A stretch of DNA of 63,062 nucleotides, the filler included, from Candidatus Fermentibacterota bacterium (GTDB lineage Bacteria > JAFGKV01): the NCBI GenBank assembly GCA_016928395.1. It is 5 parts of 5 records of this genome, joined end to end, with 100 filler letters (N's around TTAATTAATTAA, not from the genome) between each part and the next. Parts side by side here need not be neighbours in the genome. Positions count along the whole stretch, not along the records: positions 56,841 to 63,062 come from JAFGKV010000273.1; 4 more parts are not named here. One strand, 5' to 3'. The translations under genes were made by a program, and so were the position numbers. Shown piece by piece: positions 61,445-63,062 of this stretch. Positions within the stretch are counted from its first letter, which is position 1, and each line of letters opens with the position of its first letter. Below the pieces are notes generated by a model. It was not told the origin of the DNA, searched no databases, and saw nothing but the letters and a program-made list of their open reading frames with translations.

Positions 61445-61509
61445 CTGAACCCTGAACCCTGAACCCCGAACCCTGAACCCTGACCCCTGCCCCCTGAACC
61501 CCGAACCCT
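61445..61509 (+). repeat. Heptamer tandem array (GAACCCY)x~9
   Basis: ctgaaccctgaaccctgaaccccgaaccctgaaccctgacccctgcccctgaaccccgaaccct. Confidence 0.92.
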
Positions 61510-61514
61510 TCGTC

Positions 61515-62831
61515 CTACAACGCAAAACGCTCGTAGTGGATTCGATGCCGGGGTACGTTCAGATCGCGGAGGGCTCTTATGACCTTGTCCATCATCACAG
61601 GAGGCCCGCAGAGGTAGACATCAGCCACGGCTAGCAGATCGGCTGCATGCTCCCTGATAGAATCCGCGGTAACGTATCCCAGAGGCCCGTTCCACGTGCT
61701 CGAGGGGTTCGACAAGATGTGGACAACCCTAACAGTGGCCGGCAGGGCCTTTAACTCATCGCGGAAGATGATGTCCTCTTCCGTCTTGTTGCCGAACAAG
61801 AGCACGGCCGGTCGCGCATCGCCCGTGTCACGCAGATGGCGGAGCATGCTCATGACGGGGGTGATACCGACACCACCCGCGATGAACACCAGAGAGGAGG
61901 GGGCATGGAACTGGTAGCAGAACCTCCCGAATGGACCCTCCACCGAGGCGCGGCTTCCCGGCTTCACCGACCCGATGCCCCGCGTGAAATCTCCCGACTC
62001 CTTGATGGTCGCGGCGATACCGCCATCGGCTCTGGGCGCCGATGCGATGGTGAAGGGATGCTCCTCTCGTCTGCCGGCGGCCTCGATCCGCAGGAACATG
62101 AACTGGCCCGGATAATGAACCCTGATCGCACGGGTCTTTGGGGTTAACTCCACCGTCCACGTATCATGGGTCTGACGCAGCACCGAGGCCACGACATACT
62201 GACCTCTCCCCCACCGGGGCATGTAGATCTTGCCATACAGCACGGTCACGACGAAGACTCCGGCAAGCCCCCACCAGAAGACGTGCAGCGCCCCGATCCA
62301 CCCATCACTGCCCATGACGAAGCCGTGGCCTAGTACCGAGAGGGTCGCAACCCTGGCCAACATTCCGTGCACCGTCCGCCTGCGCAGGTAATCGAAACGA
62401 CCCAGCGCGACAACCAATGCGGCGCCCATCAACGCAGCCAGCGAGATCTTCCCCAACCCGATACGCCATCCGACATCGAAGGAGAGAAACCAGAGACTGC
62501 CATCGTCGATGGCAAGGAACACCGGATGAGCAAACGCCAATCCCACGGCGAAAAACCCCGCCTTTCGGTGAAATCGCATGATGACGTCGTGACCGAAAGC
62601 CTGATCAAGGCACCGCAGGCGAGCGGCCAGGAGACCCTGGACGACCAGCATCGCACCTGCCACAAGAGCCGATCCCCTGGCCAAGGCTCGCCAGAACGAG
62701 GTGTCTTCCACGGGGCTGACAACAAACATGATCATCAGAGGGGCTAAGAGTATGGCCAGCAGCATGACACACCAGCCGACCTTCAGCGAAGAACCGGCGG
62801 CCAGTTCATATGAGACGGAACGAACGGTCAC
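61515..62831 (-). CDS. Ferric reductase-like transmembrane + FAD/NAD(P)-binding oxidoreductase
   Basis: TM His residues (FHR, AHP, VHG, GHG); HPFTIAS, EGPFG, IAGGVGITP, CGPP and HYERF. Confidence 0.9.
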   Translation of the reverse strand: MTVRSVSYELAAGSSLKVGWCVMLLAILLAPLMIMFVVSPVEDTSFWRALARGSALVAGAMLVVQGLLAARLRCLDQAFGHDVIMRFHRKAGFFAVGLAFAHPVFLAIDDGSLWFLSFDVGWRIGLGKISLAALMGAALVVALGRFDYLRRRTVHGMLARVATLSVLGHGFVMGSDGWIGALHVFWWGLAGVFVVTVLYGKIYMPRWGRGQYVVASVLRQTHDTWTVELTPKTRAIRVHYPGQFMFLRIEAAGRREEHPFTIASAPRADGGIAATIKESGDFTRGIGSVKPGSRASVEGPFGRFCYQFHAPSSLVFIAGGVGITPVMSMLRHLRDTGDARPAVLLFGNKTEEDIIFRDELKALPATVRVVHILSNPSSTWNGPLGYVTADSIREHAADLLAVADVYLCGPPVMMDKVIRALRDLNVPRHRIHYERFAL

Positions 62832-63062
62832 GGGCTACCTCCCCAGGAGCTGCAAGAAATCGCGTCATTGAGGATGCGTCGTGTTTCTTTTGTACAAAGA
62901 CAGCACTCAGTCTGTCAAGAATCCCGCGGAGCCGAGGCGCCGGCCTGGCCTCAAGGGTTCTCTCCTCATGGAAACACAGGACAATGCCCTCTCACCGCTC
63001 CCATGATCCCATCCTTGCATACAGAGGATTCCGCTGAATAACCCACATTTGCTGTGGCTGGA

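Noticed and set aside
1-63062. rRNA, tRNA, transposase or prophage genes
   Set aside because: None were recognised by eye. A tRNAscan/Rfam run would be needed to exclude small RNAs.

Overview
The window is not contiguous. It holds five assembly fragments (1-7320, 7421-20423, 20524-30206, 30307-56740, 56841-63062) joined by artificial 100-bp N-TTAATTAATTAA-N linkers, so gene order across linkers is meaningless. The DNA is from a GC-rich diderm bacterium that is probably anaerobic. Several secreted hydrolases with FlgD/T9SS-like C-terminal tails suggest an FCB-group-like lineage (inference only). Fragment 1 holds dnaK with a sigma54-like promoter, then an operon in which an IlvD/Edd-fold gene lacking nearly all catalytic residues precedes tsaD-tsaC-rpiB-nrdR. 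Fragment 2 holds an NhaD/ArsB-type permease, an M16 protease, ArsR-DUF2087, YaiI, lipoproteins, MarC, a membrane SAM-dependent (spermidine synthase-like) protein and a DUF4412 fragment. Fragment 3 holds a tandem array of GTAG-type REP hairpins with hexamer spacers, ybaN, an FKBP, a polyphosphate operon (CYTH-HTH-CHAD, ppk1, degenerate metallophosphoesterase-HD fusion) and an M23 peptidase. Fragment 4 holds a selenocysteine formate dehydrogenase operon (receiver, FDH alpha with in-frame UGA and SECIS, fused NuoEF, FNT channel, P-loop-MobA fusion), msrBA, a stand-alone MshEN protein, an M1 peptidase, a GH13 amylase operon and three type II toxin-antitoxin pairs. Fragment 5 holds a tandem-MerR regulator and a B12-binding radical SAM enzyme divergent from fadD, plus a ferric-reductase-like flavoprotein. 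Intergenic gaps repeatedly contain mosaics of 6/7/8/9-bp tandem repeats and REP hairpins. The best novelty candidates are the IlvD pseudoenzyme coupled to t6A genes, the polyP operon with a pseudo-phosphoesterase and HTH-CHAD, and the repeat mosaic/REP array. All family calls are from motif recognition by eye; no database searches were run.
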